A DNA stretch of 62,561 nucleotides from a virus. Its lineage: Duplodnaviria; Caudoviricetes. Of the stretch, positions 7,672 to 18,000 are shown piece by piece. The notes under the pieces are model-generated. The model was given only the letters and a program-made list of their open reading frames with translations, had not been told where the DNA came from and made no database searches. The DNA is taken from positions 1 through 62,561 of IMG/VR virus record IMGVR_UViG_3300045993_000669. The stretch is one strand, 5' to 3'. The translations under genes were made by a program, and so were the position numbers. Position 1 is the first letter of the stretch, and the number at the start of each line of letters is the position of its first letter.

Positions 7672-10002
7672 GTGTCCGGCGCACAGCAAAACCCGCAGGA
7701 TCAGCAACGGGCCATGCTCGCGCGGATCGCCGCCGCCGATCAAAAGCGCCTCGGCCTGCCCGAAGACTTCAAGGTCTACTCCGCCTTCCCGTTCCAGGGG
7801 ATGAACCAGCAGGCCGCGCGCACGGCCATGCAGGATGTCGAGTTCTTCGTCCTGGAAAACTTTCTCATCACCGGCCCCGCGCAAATGCGGACCCTCTGGG
7901 ATCGGGGTGCGGCGATCTACAACGCCCAGGGCGGCCCAACCATCGTCTACTTCGCATGGTTCAACACCGGCACCGATCAGTTCTGCGCCATCTTCCTGAG
8001 CGACGGCACGGCGGTGCAGGTCTCCCCGCTCGGCGTGGTCACCACCATCTCGGCCGCCCCCGGCACCTTCTACAACGGCGGCCAATTGCCCTTCGCCCAG
8101 CAATCCGGATCGCAGTTCCTGCTCATCTCGAACAACCTGACGGCCAACAATTACTGGATCTGGGACGGCTCCGTTCTCTACGCGGCGGGCACCCTCGGCC
8201 CATACCAGCCGGGCGATATCATCGACAGCGGCAGCGGCTATACCTCCGCGCCATCGGTCACCGCATATGGCGGATCGGGCACCGGTGCCACCTTCGCCGC
8301 GTCGGTCTCCAACGGCAGCGTCGTTTCCGTGGCTGTGACGAACGCGGGAACCGGCTATCTCCCGGGCGAAACCGTGCAACTGGCCTTCTCCGGCGGCGGC
8401 TCCGACAGCAGCGCCATCCTTCTGGCCGTCCTGTCCGGCGGCTCGCTGGATCACCTGGACCTGATCTCCGGCGGCAGCGGCTACGGCGCGGCGCCCACCA
8501 TCACCATCACCGGTGGCGGCGGCACCGGTGCCACGGCGGTGGCCATTGTCGCCGCGGGCATCGTGACCGGGATCACCATCACCGCGAACGGGTCCGGCTA
8601 TACCTCGTCCCCAACGGTGGCGTTCACCGGTGGCGGCGGCGCGGGCGCGGCGGCCGTCGCGGTTCTGTCCGGCGGCTCGGTCGCATCGGTGACCATCATC
8701 AGCGGCGGCTCGGGCTTCACCGGAACCCCGGCCCTGGCGTTCGCGGGCGGCGGCGGAACCGGGGCAGCGGCAACAGCGGTCATGGCAGGCGGGGCCATCG
8801 TCGGCGTCACCATGTCGAACGGCGGCAGCGGCTACACGTCATTGCCCACCGTCGAGGTCCAGATCGCCCTGAGCAACTCGGCCATGGGCCGCATCGATGT
8901 CATGCCGTTCGGCGTGTCCGGCACCAGCATCGAGACGTTCCTGAGCCGGGTGTGGATATCCAACCCGCATCAGGTCGGCGATCAGACAACCGGCGGGACG
9001 TTCCTGGTCAGCGCGCCATCGTCGCTGACGGACTTCTCCACATCGGCCGGCGGGCTGCTCTTCAACAGTTCCGATCGCTTCCTCCGCCACACCTATACCG
9101 GGCTGCGGCAGAGCAACGGCTACCTCTACACCCTGGGCGATTCCTCAATCTCCGTCATCAACAACGTCCAGACCGGCGCCAATGCCATCACGTCCTTCAA
9201 CTACCAGAACGCCAACAGCCAGATCGGCGCGGCGTGGCGCGACAGCATCCAGGACTACAAACAGGCCGTTCTGTTCGCGAACCCGAACGGCACCCATGGC
9301 ATCTACGGCGGCTCGGTGCGAACGGTCTCCGGCAAGGTGGTAAACGTGTTCAACGACGCCCTCTTTCCCCCAACCCCTGGCGCCCTCTCCCCGTCCTCGG
9401 CGGTGGCCACAATCCATACCATCCCGGTGTACTTGCTGCTGATGACGGTCACCGATCCGATCACCGCCGCGCCGCGCAACATCATGATCTTCTACGACGA
9501 AAAGGAATGGTATTTCGCGAGCCAAAGCACGGGCCTGACCTTCATCGGATCGCAGATTTTCGACAGCGAACTGACGGCCTGGGGCACCGATGGCACGTCG
9601 CTGTTTCCGCTGTTCGACACCCCATCGGCGGCCCTGACCAAGATATTCGCCACCAAGATGTACGGCGGAGAACGCGAACTTGTCGTCAAGAACGCCATGG
9701 TCATGTATCTGCGCTCGACCGACAAATCCCCCGGCCAGAACGGCATCAGCGGCACCATCATCATGGAATCCGAGGGCAAAGCGAAGCAGGACGGGCAGCA
9801 AGAGGAAGCGCCGCAACTGCGGGTCCTGAATGAAGTCCAGCCGTCTTTCCAGGCCCCGAATGGCACCCAGCCGGTATGGGCGGCGTCGGCAACTGCCGTC
9901 GTTGGAACGGCGCTTGGCGCCACTATGATCAGCAATTCACCGGATTTCGTGATATCGGGCATAAGCATCGGCTACCGGGATGATTTCGCGATCTTCGGAT
10001 AA
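7672..10002 (+). CDS. Tail nozzle / DNA stabilisation protein (P22 gp10 / T7 gp12-like) with inserted GSGYT repeats
   Basis: 776 aa after adaptor; FQGMN motif near N-terminus; central Gly/Ser/Thr repeat block. Confidence 0.65.
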   Translation: MSGAQQNPQDQQRAMLARIAAADQKRLGLPEDFKVYSAFPFQGMNQQAARTAMQDVEFFVLENFLITGPAQMRTLWDRGAAIYNAQGGPTIVYFAWFNTGTDQFCAIFLSDGTAVQVSPLGVVTTISAAPGTFYNGGQLPFAQQSGSQFLLISNNLTANNYWIWDGSVLYAAGTLGPYQPGDIIDSGSGYTSAPSVTAYGGSGTGATFAASVSNGSVVSVAVTNAGTGYLPGETVQLAFSGGGSDSSAILLAVLSGGSLDHLDLISGGSGYGAAPTITITGGGGTGATAVAIVAAGIVTGITITANGSGYTSSPTVAFTGGGGAGAAAVAVLSGGSVASVTIISGGSGFTGTPALAFAGGGGTGAAATAVMAGGAIVGVTMSNGGSGYTSLPTVEVQIALSNSAMGRIDVMPFGVSGTSIETFLSRVWISNPHQVGDQTTGGTFLVSAPSSLTDFSTSAGGLLFNSSDRFLRHTYTGLRQSNGYLYTLGDSSISVINNVQTGANAITSFNYQNANSQIGAAWRDSIQDYKQAVLFANPNGTHGIYGGSVRTVSGKVVNVFNDALFPPTPGALSPSSAVATIHTIPVYLLLMTVTDPITAAPRNIMIFYDEKEWYFASQSTGLTFIGSQIFDSELTAWGTDGTSLFPLFDTPSAALTKIFATKMYGGERELVVKNAMVMYLRSTDKSPGQNGISGTIIMESEGKAKQDGQQEEAPQLRVLNEVQPSFQAPNGTQPVWAASATAVVGTALGATMISNSPDFVISGISIGYRDDFAIFG

Positions 10003-10013
10003 GGAGCAAAGCC

Positions 10014-10280
10014 ATGGCGAGACTGCCCTTCACGGACGATTTCGTGGCCTTCGGAGAGAACCCCGGCGGCGCTACCCAGGTGACAGCCAACGGCGTGTCC
10101 CACGATCAGGGCGACGGCATGAACCATCAGGAAATCGATGGACCGTCGATCAACGGCCGCCGCTGGACCATCCGGGACGAAGCCACGATCATCCCGCCAA
10201 AGAGGGATTTCAGTTCCGTTGGCCTCGGCGGCACCAAGCGGACCCTCAAGGGCGTGCAACGCAATCGCACGGGGGGCTGA
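10014..10280 (+). CDS. Hypothetical protein
   Basis: AAGGAG RBS, operon context. Confidence 0.6.
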   Translation: MARLPFTDDFVAFGENPGGATQVTANGVSHDQGDGMNHQEIDGPSINGRRWTIRDEATIIPPKRDFSSVGLGGTKRTLKGVQRNRTGG

Positions 10281-10283
10281 CCC

Positions 10284-10625
10284 ATGCGCGCGGAGTTGCT
10301 GAACATCCCGCGAACCCCGGAAGACTGGGCGCTGTGGGGGTTCGCGCACCGCGACGATCACGAAATCATCCGGCTGGCCATTCAGCGCCAGACCGGCGTG
10401 AACCTGCCGGGCTACCCGCTCGACCCCGTGCCGATCGATGATGAAGCGGCGATGGCCCGCTGGTTCGAGATCGACCAACTGGCGCACAACGACATGAACA
10501 ACGTCCTGAACCTTGTCGGCGCCGCGCTGGATGAAGTGGATTTCAACAAGCCGGAGGAAGCCACGGCGTGGATTTATCTGCACCGCAAGGAGCATGAAGC
10601 AGCCGGGGGGGTGCTGGGGGTATGA
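10284..10625 (+). CDS. Hypothetical protein with conserved-looking His residues
   Basis: Operon context. Confidence 0.6.
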   Translation: MRAELLNIPRTPEDWALWGFAHRDDHEIIRLAIQRQTGVNLPGYPLDPVPIDDEAAMARWFEIDQLAHNDMNNVLNLVGAALDEVDFNKPEEATAWIYLHRKEHEAAGGVLGV

Positions 10626-11698
10626 GCCTGCCGTTCATCGTACATGGGCTTCCCCGATCTAGAACCGCGTGGCTCGCGCGGTTCCTGTCGTATGGCGATT
10701 ACCAGTGCGCGCATCAGCAAATCCGCTATCTGCGGACGATGGACGATGCCAAGGCGTGGTTTTCCCAGGACTTCACCGGGACCTCGGAAACCGCCGCCAT
10801 GCCCTGGTGGCGCACGGTGCAGCGGCTCCGCCCCGATATCCGCACGCTGGTGGTGCGCCGCCCGGTTCAGGCGTGCGTCGATAGCATGATGCGGGTCGAT
10901 ATGCGGGGCGTGGGTTCATTCGATCGCGCGGGTTGGACGAAGGCCATGATCCAGTGTGACCACAAACTTGATCAGATCGAGCGGCGCGTCCCTGGCGTTC
11001 TGTCGGTGCAATTCGACGATCTGGCGGACGAGGCCGTTTGCGCCAAGGTCTTTGAACACTGCCTTCCGTACGCTCACGATCACGCATGGTGGTCCGCCAT
11101 GTCGGCGCAGAATGTGCAGATCGATAATCCGTCGCTCTGGCGATATGCCCTGGCCAATCGGAAGCCGCTCGAAACCCTGGCGCGGATTGCCAAACACCAG
11201 ACCCTGGCGGCGTTCGCGGCGCAACCGTTCGAGCCGCCCGAGGGAATCACGTTCCAGGTGGAGGGGTACGAGTCATTCGGGGATGCCGAGGCGATGTTCA
11301 AAGAGCATTGCGTGGCGGTCGGAGAGGACCCGGACAGCTATCTTCGCAAGAACATTCCGCTGTTCAAAAGGCTGATCGATATTGGGGCGTTGCAGTGCAT
11401 GACGGCCCGGAGCAACGGTCGGATGTTCGGCTATCTGATCACGGTGATCGCGCCATCTCTTGAGGACGAAGCGATCAAATCGGGGCACCATACCGCGTTC
11501 TACGCATCTCCCGCCTTCCCTGGCCTTGGCATGAAACTCCGGCGGGCCGCCGACGCTGAGTTAGCCAAGCGGGGATGCAGCGAGGTCTTTATGCGCGCTG
11601 GCGTGCGGGGTTCCGGAAAAAGGATCGGCTCTATCTGCCGCCGCCTTGGGTCAGAGGACATCGGCCAGATGTATAAACTCGAACTGATGAGGGCATAG
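10622..11698 (+). CDS. Sulfotransferase-like P-loop domain fused to GNAT acetyltransferase
   Basis: N-terminal GLPRSRTAWL and VVRRPVQACVDS; C-terminal FYASPAFPGLGMKL...RRLG. Confidence 0.6.
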   Translation: MSLPFIVHGLPRSRTAWLARFLSYGDYQCAHQQIRYLRTMDDAKAWFSQDFTGTSETAAMPWWRTVQRLRPDIRTLVVRRPVQACVDSMMRVDMRGVGSFDRAGWTKAMIQCDHKLDQIERRVPGVLSVQFDDLADEAVCAKVFEHCLPYAHDHAWWSAMSAQNVQIDNPSLWRYALANRKPLETLARIAKHQTLAAFAAQPFEPPEGITFQVEGYESFGDAEAMFKEHCVAVGEDPDSYLRKNIPLFKRLIDIGALQCMTARSNGRMFGYLITVIAPSLEDEAIKSGHHTAFYASPAFPGLGMKLRRAADAELAKRGCSEVFMRAGVRGSGKRIGSICRRLGSEDIGQMYKLELMRA

Positions 11699-11700
11699 TC

Positions 11701-13353
11701 ATGGGCATCGGAGCAGCCGGTGGTTTCGGTGCTTTTTTGGCTGAAGTTAGCGCCGCTGTCTCGGAGGCGGTGGCGGCTATAGGCGTTGAAGCGGGGGCGG
11801 CTGGCACTGCCACGGCGGCGGGCGTCGAAGGGGCTGGCCTTGTCGGCGGTGCGGGTATCGCGGCCGGCGAAGCCGCCGCCGGAACGGGCGCTGCGACGGC
11901 TCTTGGCGGCGGTCTCGCTGCCGGCGTGGGGGACGCCGCTTCTGGCGCCCTGACTGGCGCGGCATTCGGCGCGACGGAGTCTGCCATCACGGGCGGCGAT
12001 CCTGGCGTGGGCGCGCTGACCGGTGGCCTGACCGGCGGGGCGGTCGGCGGCTTCGGCGGCGCGGCGGGCGGTCTGTTCGGCAGCACCATCGCGGGCGATG
12101 CGTTCGTTGGCGCCGGGGCCGGTGCGCTCGGGGCCGGGATCACGGGCGGCAACCCCCTGACCGGCGCCGCGGGCGGTGCGGCATCTGGCGCGTTCACGGG
12201 CGCCCTGGCCCCCGGCGGCGATCTGTCCAGCAGCGGCATCGCGGGCGGCGGCGGGACATCGGCCAGCGGATCGGCTGCACCACCCGGAACCACCGGGGAT
12301 TTCCAGTTCGGCCAGGAAACGCTGCCAACCGGCGGCGCGGCGGGCCAGACCACAAGCCTGTCCGGCGATATCGGATCGATCATCGGCGGCGGCGGGGCAT
12401 CTGGCGCGGTCGATGGATTTGGCGGCGCACCCCCGGCTGGCGCACCGCTCGATCCCACGGCGGCCACCGATCTGACCGCCAATCTGGCCCTCGGGGAAAG
12501 CGGCGGGACGGCGAACATCGGATTTGTGGAGGGCGCTCCAAGGCCGGATATCACCGGCCAGGGGAACGAGCCATTTGGCACCGGTGCCGGCGGCACCCAG
12601 GTTGCCAATGCGCTGCCCGGCATTTCCGTTCCTGGCGCGGCGCAACCCCTGGCGGCTCCATCGGGCGGCCTCGCGGCGGGCGCGGTAAATGATTTGCCCG
12701 GCGCTCCCCCCGGCGGCACCCCGGCGATCGCGGGCGGTGGACCGGTGGGGGCCGAGGGAGGAACATTCACAACAGGCACCCCGCCCGCTGCACCTGGGCC
12801 AACCAGCGCGCTCGGCAAGTTCCTGGCAGAACCGGGCTTCGACAAGGGATTCGACGCGCTGGGCGCCAACGCCAACTGGCTGGTTCCGGCCGCGACCCTC
12901 GGATACACCGCCCTGAACGCCCATGCCGGTCTTTCAGGGGTGCCCGGCTACACGCAGTTGAACACCACGGCCAATTCGCTCAACTCGCAGGGCCAGCAAC
13001 TGCAAAGCTACCTCAACACCGGCACCCTCCCGCCCGGCGTCCAGCAATCCCTGACCACGGCCGGGAAGTCCCTCAAAGCCTCAATCCGCAGCCAGTACGC
13101 ATCAAAAGGCATGTCCGGCTCGTCCGCCGAAATGTCCGATCTGGCCCGCGTGGATCAGACCATCGTGTCGTCGGGCGTGGACATCGCCACCCGGCTGCTT
13201 GCCCAGGGCGTCAGCGAACAGGGCCTATCGGCGCAACTGTACCAGTCCATCCTGAGCGCCAATCTGCAAAGCGATAGCCAATTGGGAACGGCCCTCGGCA
13301 CGCTCGCGGCCAGCGCGGCACGGCCCACGGTCAACTTGCAGGTGGCCCGATAA
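11701..13353 (+). CDS. Putative ejection/internal virion protein (Gly/Ala-rich)
   Basis: Glycine-zipper-like hydrophobic repeats; position. Confidence 0.6.
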   Translation: MGIGAAGGFGAFLAEVSAAVSEAVAAIGVEAGAAGTATAAGVEGAGLVGGAGIAAGEAAAGTGAATALGGGLAAGVGDAASGALTGAAFGATESAITGGDPGVGALTGGLTGGAVGGFGGAAGGLFGSTIAGDAFVGAGAGALGAGITGGNPLTGAAGGAASGAFTGALAPGGDLSSSGIAGGGGTSASGSAAPPGTTGDFQFGQETLPTGGAAGQTTSLSGDIGSIIGGGGASGAVDGFGGAPPAGAPLDPTAATDLTANLALGESGGTANIGFVEGAPRPDITGQGNEPFGTGAGGTQVANALPGISVPGAAQPLAAPSGGLAAGAVNDLPGAPPGGTPAIAGGGPVGAEGGTFTTGTPPAAPGPTSALGKFLAEPGFDKGFDALGANANWLVPAATLGYTALNAHAGLSGVPGYTQLNTTANSLNSQGQQLQSYLNTGTLPPGVQQSLTTAGKSLKASIRSQYASKGMSGSSAEMSDLARVDQTIVSSGVDIATRLLAQGVSEQGLSAQLYQSILSANLQSDSQLGTALGTLAASAARPTVNLQVAR

Positions 13354-15143
13354 TGTCCGGTTCCCTCGCGGCATCCGCCGTCCAAGGCATCTCCGATGCG
13401 CCGGAATACCGCGCGCCGAGGCAGTCCAGCTTCCGGGCCATGCTCGGCCTGGGGGATGTGGATAGGCAGGAAGCAGCCGATCAGGCACGCATCGACAAAG
13501 CGCAAAGACAGGCGGAATTTCCGAAACTGGCCGCGCCGCCCCCGCCGCAGACGCCAACCGATCCGCTTCAGGCGTTCGGACAGCCCGCCATGTGGCTGGC
13601 CGTTTTCGGCTCTCTCGCCACCCGCCGGCCGTTCGCGAACGCGATCAACGCCGCCGGGCAGGTGATGCACGCCACCGCATCCTTGGATCATGATGCCGCC
13701 AAGGCTGCCTACGACACGTGGAAGATCAACAACGAAAACGCATTCAAGATGGCCCATTGGGAACAGGACATGCTGAAGAATGCGATCAGCCAGAAACACA
13801 CCAATTCCCAAGCCGCCGCGTCGATGATCAAAACGACATACGCCGCGACTGAGAATAAAGTCCTTGAGGAAATCTTTAACCGGGAGGGGTTCGCGGGCGT
13901 CGAAAAGTTCTTCCTGGCCGGCAAAAGGCGTCTTGGTGAAGCCGAGGCCGGCGCGAAGGGCATAGACGACCACATGAGCGCCACGACCAGCATCGTGACT
14001 GGGTGGCAGTCAAACGATCGGATGGCCCAGGCCGATGCCTTGCAAAAATTTGCCGATACGCAAGCCGCTTTGTCGAAGACCAAGAAGGGGACGGTCAAAG
14101 AGCAAATGGACGCCCAGGCCGGGGCGGTCCGGCTATATGCCGCTGCTGGCGATCTCCGCTCTGATGATCCTGCACGATGGGAGACCGGACACAAGATCGG
14201 CGCCGAGGCGATTGGCATGGGCGCCGGGGTGCTGAAGGCTCCGAAGGAAGCAACTGGCGGCGCTGCGGCCAGCAAGTTGAGAGACGAGAACACCCTGGCG
14301 TTAGACGAGTTCAAGAAGGCGCACGACGGCCGCTCCCCAGGTCCAGAGGACGAACCGGAGATGGCGAGATTGCGTGCCGTTGAGCACGCAGCGAAGCCAG
14401 GGTTCACGCCGCAAATGTCTGAATTGATGGGCGAGATGGCGATGCGCGGGATCACCCTACCGGCAGGACTTCGCTCGCGAGACCAGCAAATCTCCGCGTA
14501 TGCTGGCGCGATTGCCGCCAACCCTGGCAAGTCTATGGCCGAAATCGCGGACCTGATCAAAACCGCACAGATCGAACTTGGAGCGCAGAAGAAGGAAACG
14601 ACAACCGCGGCCGGTGTTGCCGGGCGCGTGTCGGTCGCGGCGAACGAACTTCAAACGATGGCACCGCTGGCATTGGCGGCGTCGGCCAAGGTGCCGCGTG
14701 GGTCGTTCCTGCCAATTTCCAAGTTGATGCAAGCCTCGCAGAATGCGCTGTCCGATCCGGCGTTGAAAGATTTGCAGGTCAAAACCAACGCGATGTTGAA
14801 TGCTTACGATATGCTGGCGGCGCGCGGCGGCACGGACAAGGAAAAGCGCCAGGAAGCCCACAACCTTTTGCTGACGGCCAACAGCCCAGAAGTCTATGCA
14901 GTGGCGATCAAGGCATTCATGCAGGAAGCCGAGGCTGCCTTGCAGGCGGCGGAAAGGGCCGAGCGCGTGAGGCCCCACACCGCGGCTGCTCCGACTGAGG
15001 CACCGAAGGGACCGCCGAAGCCCGCTGGCATGACGGACGAAGCCCTGATCGCCGCTGCGAAGGCACGCATTGCGGCAGGGAAACCAAAAGGCCCGGTCAT
15101 CGAGCAATTACGCTCCTGGGGTATTGAGACGGGAGGGCTGTAA
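13353..15143 (+). CDS. Putative ejection/internal virion protein
   Basis: Ala-rich helical 596 aa; position. Confidence 0.6.
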   Translation: MSGSLAASAVQGISDAPEYRAPRQSSFRAMLGLGDVDRQEAADQARIDKAQRQAEFPKLAAPPPPQTPTDPLQAFGQPAMWLAVFGSLATRRPFANAINAAGQVMHATASLDHDAAKAAYDTWKINNENAFKMAHWEQDMLKNAISQKHTNSQAAASMIKTTYAATENKVLEEIFNREGFAGVEKFFLAGKRRLGEAEAGAKGIDDHMSATTSIVTGWQSNDRMAQADALQKFADTQAALSKTKKGTVKEQMDAQAGAVRLYAAAGDLRSDDPARWETGHKIGAEAIGMGAGVLKAPKEATGGAAASKLRDENTLALDEFKKAHDGRSPGPEDEPEMARLRAVEHAAKPGFTPQMSELMGEMAMRGITLPAGLRSRDQQISAYAGAIAANPGKSMAEIADLIKTAQIELGAQKKETTTAAGVAGRVSVAANELQTMAPLALAASAKVPRGSFLPISKLMQASQNALSDPALKDLQVKTNAMLNAYDMLAARGGTDKEKRQEAHNLLLTANSPEVYAVAIKAFMQEAEAALQAAERAERVRPHTAAAPTEAPKGPPKPAGMTDEALIAAAKARIAAGKPKGPVIEQLRSWGIETGGL

Positions 15144-15144
15144 C

Positions 15145-16827
15145 GTGGCGGACGCCGTAGACCCCTTCGCACATCTCGATGCCGCTGATGGAGCGGCAAG
15201 CGATCCGTTCGCACATCTTGATGCGCCCACCGACGCTCCCGCTGATGCCGCCCCGCCAAAGCCGATGATGACGCCATTGCAGCGGTTCGGCACCGGCCTG
15301 AATGACCCGCCAACCGGCGCCGCGCAGCTTCTGCGGAATGCCACGCCGGACGTTATCGCCAAGCCGATCGACCGTCTCGGCTCCGCCCTCGGCATGGCTC
15401 CGCCTCCGACGAACGAAAACGTGGCGGCCAGGGAAGCGGATATCGCGGCCACGACGCCATCCGATCCGAGGTCGGAAACCACGCTGGATGAAAAGGGGCG
15501 GGCGATCCATCAACCCGCCAAGACTACAGGCGGAGCGGACCCCCTGCGAATGCTTGGGCAAATCGCATCCCCGATCAACTATTTGGGTGCCGCCGCGAAA
15601 AGCCCCATGGTCGCAGGCGCTTTGATGGGGGCAACGGCAGGCGCCACAACCCCGGTGGATAAGGGGCAGTTCTGGTCAGAGAAGGCCAAGCAGGTTGGGG
15701 TTGGTGCGGTCGTTGGAGCGGGCCTGGGCGCTGCCGGGAGTGCCGTTGGCCCTACGTTTCGGGCTGATGCCCAAAAACTGCTGGACGCAGGCGTTTCATT
15801 AACCCCTGGCCAAATGGCCGGCCGGATTCCCAGGAGAACGGAAGAGGCCGCGAAAAGCCTACCGATCACGGGCATGTTCATCCGTGGCGCCGAACTGCGG
15901 ACCATGGACAGTTTCAACCGGGCCACGGTGAACCGCTTGCTCGAACCGCTTGGCGTCAAGGTGGCCGATGATCTGCATGGGCATGATTTGATCGCGGCGG
16001 GACAACGCGCGCTCGACGACACCTATCACTCCATCTTGCCGAACATGAAATTCGATTTGGCGAAGGACCCTGCATTCGCCGCGGCGGAACAGAACCTAGT
16101 AGACCTGACGCGCTCCATGCCAGCGCCACAAGTTCAGCAGTTCGACACGCTTCTTCGTGATCGTGTCGCGACCCGGCTGGCCCCGACCGGAACGGCGGAC
16201 GGCGAAACCATCAAGCAAGTCGATAGCGAACTGAGCCATGTCGCGTCCGAATACATGCGCTCGCCTGACCCCGGCCACCGAGAATATGGGAGAGCCGTCG
16301 CAGAACTTCGCAATATTCTCCGGGACTCGCTGAAACGGCAGAACCCAGCCTTTGCCGACAAACTGGACGCGACCGACGCGGCATATGCAATGATGGTCCG
16401 CATTGAAGGTGCGGCGGCAAGGCGGCCCACGTCAGCAGGGCGGTTTACCCCAAGCGATCTCCTGGCCTCGGTCAAGGCGTCTGATAAGTCCGTTCGCAAG
16501 AGGCGGTTCGCGAGGGGCGATGCGCTTTTGCAGGACTGGGGGGACAGTGCCCAGGAAGTGATCGGCAACCACATGCCAGATAGTGGCACCACCGAGCGCG
16601 CTGCCTATGACGTTCTCGGCGGTGGCGGCCTACTGTTTGCCAAACCGCAGATCGCGGCTGGTCTTGCCGCTGCATCCGTCCCGTACACGAAGCCTGCCCA
16701 AGCGGCGGTGAATATGTGGGCGAAGCCTGCGGGATGGCGGCAAAGCGCGGCGCGGTTTGTAAATCAGGCCGCCCCCCCGTTGGCGCCGGCCGCCGCCGTT
16801 GGCGCCACCGAAGGGATGGAACGCTGA
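15145..16827 (+). CDS. Putative ejection/internal virion protein
   Basis: DPFAHLD repeats at N-terminus; PDSGTTER motif; GTG start after GGAGG. Confidence 0.6.
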   Translation: MADAVDPFAHLDAADGAASDPFAHLDAPTDAPADAAPPKPMMTPLQRFGTGLNDPPTGAAQLLRNATPDVIAKPIDRLGSALGMAPPPTNENVAAREADIAATTPSDPRSETTLDEKGRAIHQPAKTTGGADPLRMLGQIASPINYLGAAAKSPMVAGALMGATAGATTPVDKGQFWSEKAKQVGVGAVVGAGLGAAGSAVGPTFRADAQKLLDAGVSLTPGQMAGRIPRRTEEAAKSLPITGMFIRGAELRTMDSFNRATVNRLLEPLGVKVADDLHGHDLIAAGQRALDDTYHSILPNMKFDLAKDPAFAAAEQNLVDLTRSMPAPQVQQFDTLLRDRVATRLAPTGTADGETIKQVDSELSHVASEYMRSPDPGHREYGRAVAELRNILRDSLKRQNPAFADKLDATDAAYAMMVRIEGAAARRPTSAGRFTPSDLLASVKASDKSVRKRRFARGDALLQDWGDSAQEVIGNHMPDSGTTERAAYDVLGGGGLLFAKPQIAAGLAAASVPYTKPAQAAVNMWAKPAGWRQSAARFVNQAAPPLAPAAAVGATEGMER

Positions 16828-16831
16828 CCGT

Positions 16832-17062
16832 TCAACTCAGGAGCAAGAACAGCGAAAAGCCCAGAATGGCGGCGGGGAGCAGTCCGCTGGCGTCCCATGC
16901 TTTCAGCGACAGGAAGCTGATTTCGATCAGTTGCCACGATAGCCAGACGGCCAAGATCGTGGTGATCACGCCACCAGTCGTGATCGTCATCTCTGTTCCC
17001 CGCGCAGCCACTGGAAGGCATGGCCCGCTAATTCGACGCACGAAGGACCGAATACCAGCCAC
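16832..17062 (-). CDS. Small membrane protein
   Basis: Two hydrophobic segments. Confidence 0.35.
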   Translation of the reverse strand: MAGIRSFVRRISGPCLPVAARGTEMTITTGGVITTILAVWLSWQLIEISFLSLKAWDASGLLPAAILGFSLFLLLS

Positions 17063-17150
17063 GCCCCCACGCGACAGACCAATTCGATAATCGCTGGCAA
17101 CGCCATGAGAAAGAACACCGCCAGCACGATGCCCCCCGCGATCGTCAGCA

Positions 17151-17396
17151 TCAGTGCAGTCCCCGCGTCTTGGCGATATGGAGATCGGCGTTTTCCTCGA
17201 TCTGGGCGATCTTCGCGAGCGCGGCTTCTGGATCGGGGGCCAGTCTTGCCATTTTGCGCGCGCCTTCCATAGTCACGAGAAACCCGTATTCAGGGTCCAT
17301 CGTGATGTCGTCCATCGTCAGACCGGCGCGGAAGAACAGATCAAGCCACCCGGCCACGTACTCGGCCGCTTTGTCCGGCGTTTTCTTCTTGGTCAT
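17151..17396 (-). CDS. Hypothetical protein
   Basis: Coupled to the BRO gene. Confidence 0.55.
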   Translation of the reverse strand: MTKKKTPDKAAEYVAGWLDLFFRAGLTMDDITMDPEYGFLVTMEGARKMARLAPDPEAALAKIAQIEENADLHIAKTRGLH

Positions 17397-17397
17397 G

Positions 17398-18000
17398 TCA
17401 GTTCACCGCCTCGGCTGCGGTTGGGGGCGTTTCGTCCAGATCGACCATGAACGAAAACTCTTGCTGGTTCAGCAAAGCGACCAGCGATGGCAGCGGCTCG
17501 AACCCGAGGGTCCGAATCCACATCTCGGCCCCGGAGCGTGATTGGCCGCAGCGGATCGCAAGCGCGATCTTCGCCATCTTGAGTTTGACCGACAGTTCTT
17601 CCGGGGCCGCCGCTGGTACCGGTCGGCCATAGCTTCCGGTCTTGCGGATCGTCGGCAGAAGGTCCGCCGTCACCCATAATCTGAACCGGTATGCCTTGGT
17701 CCCCTCCTTCATCGCCGCGTTGGAACGGAGGATTAGGGCATACAAACCGCTCTCGGAGACAATCACGCGCTCCAAACCGGTGGTTGACCCCTCGGTTTTG
17801 CCTAGGGGGGTATCGGAGTTTCCTATGGTAATGACGTCTTTTTCGTGCGGCGCGAGGACTCTGACGGCATCGGAGGGGTTCTTTAAGCCGGTGATTGGGC
17901 CGATATCGGCCACGATAAACCACGGTTCGCCGTCCCGCATGATGGATCGGATGACGGTATCGGTCTCAAACAGGTATGGTATAAGGTCGAAGGTGTTCAC
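17398..18000 (-). CDS. BRO-N domain antirepressor-like protein
   Basis: DGEPWFIVADI, VSESGLYALILRS, FRLWVTADLLPTIRKTGSY; AAGGAG RBS. Confidence 0.9.
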   Translation of the reverse strand: MNTFDLIPYLFETDTVIRSIMRDGEPWFIVADIGPITGLKNPSDAVRVLAPHEKDVITIGNSDTPLGKTEGSTTGLERVIVSESGLYALILRSNAAMKEGTKAYRFRLWVTADLLPTIRKTGSYGRPVPAAAPEELSVKLKMAKIALAIRCGQSRSGAEMWIRTLGFEPLPSLVALLNQQEFSFMVDLDETPPTAAEAVN

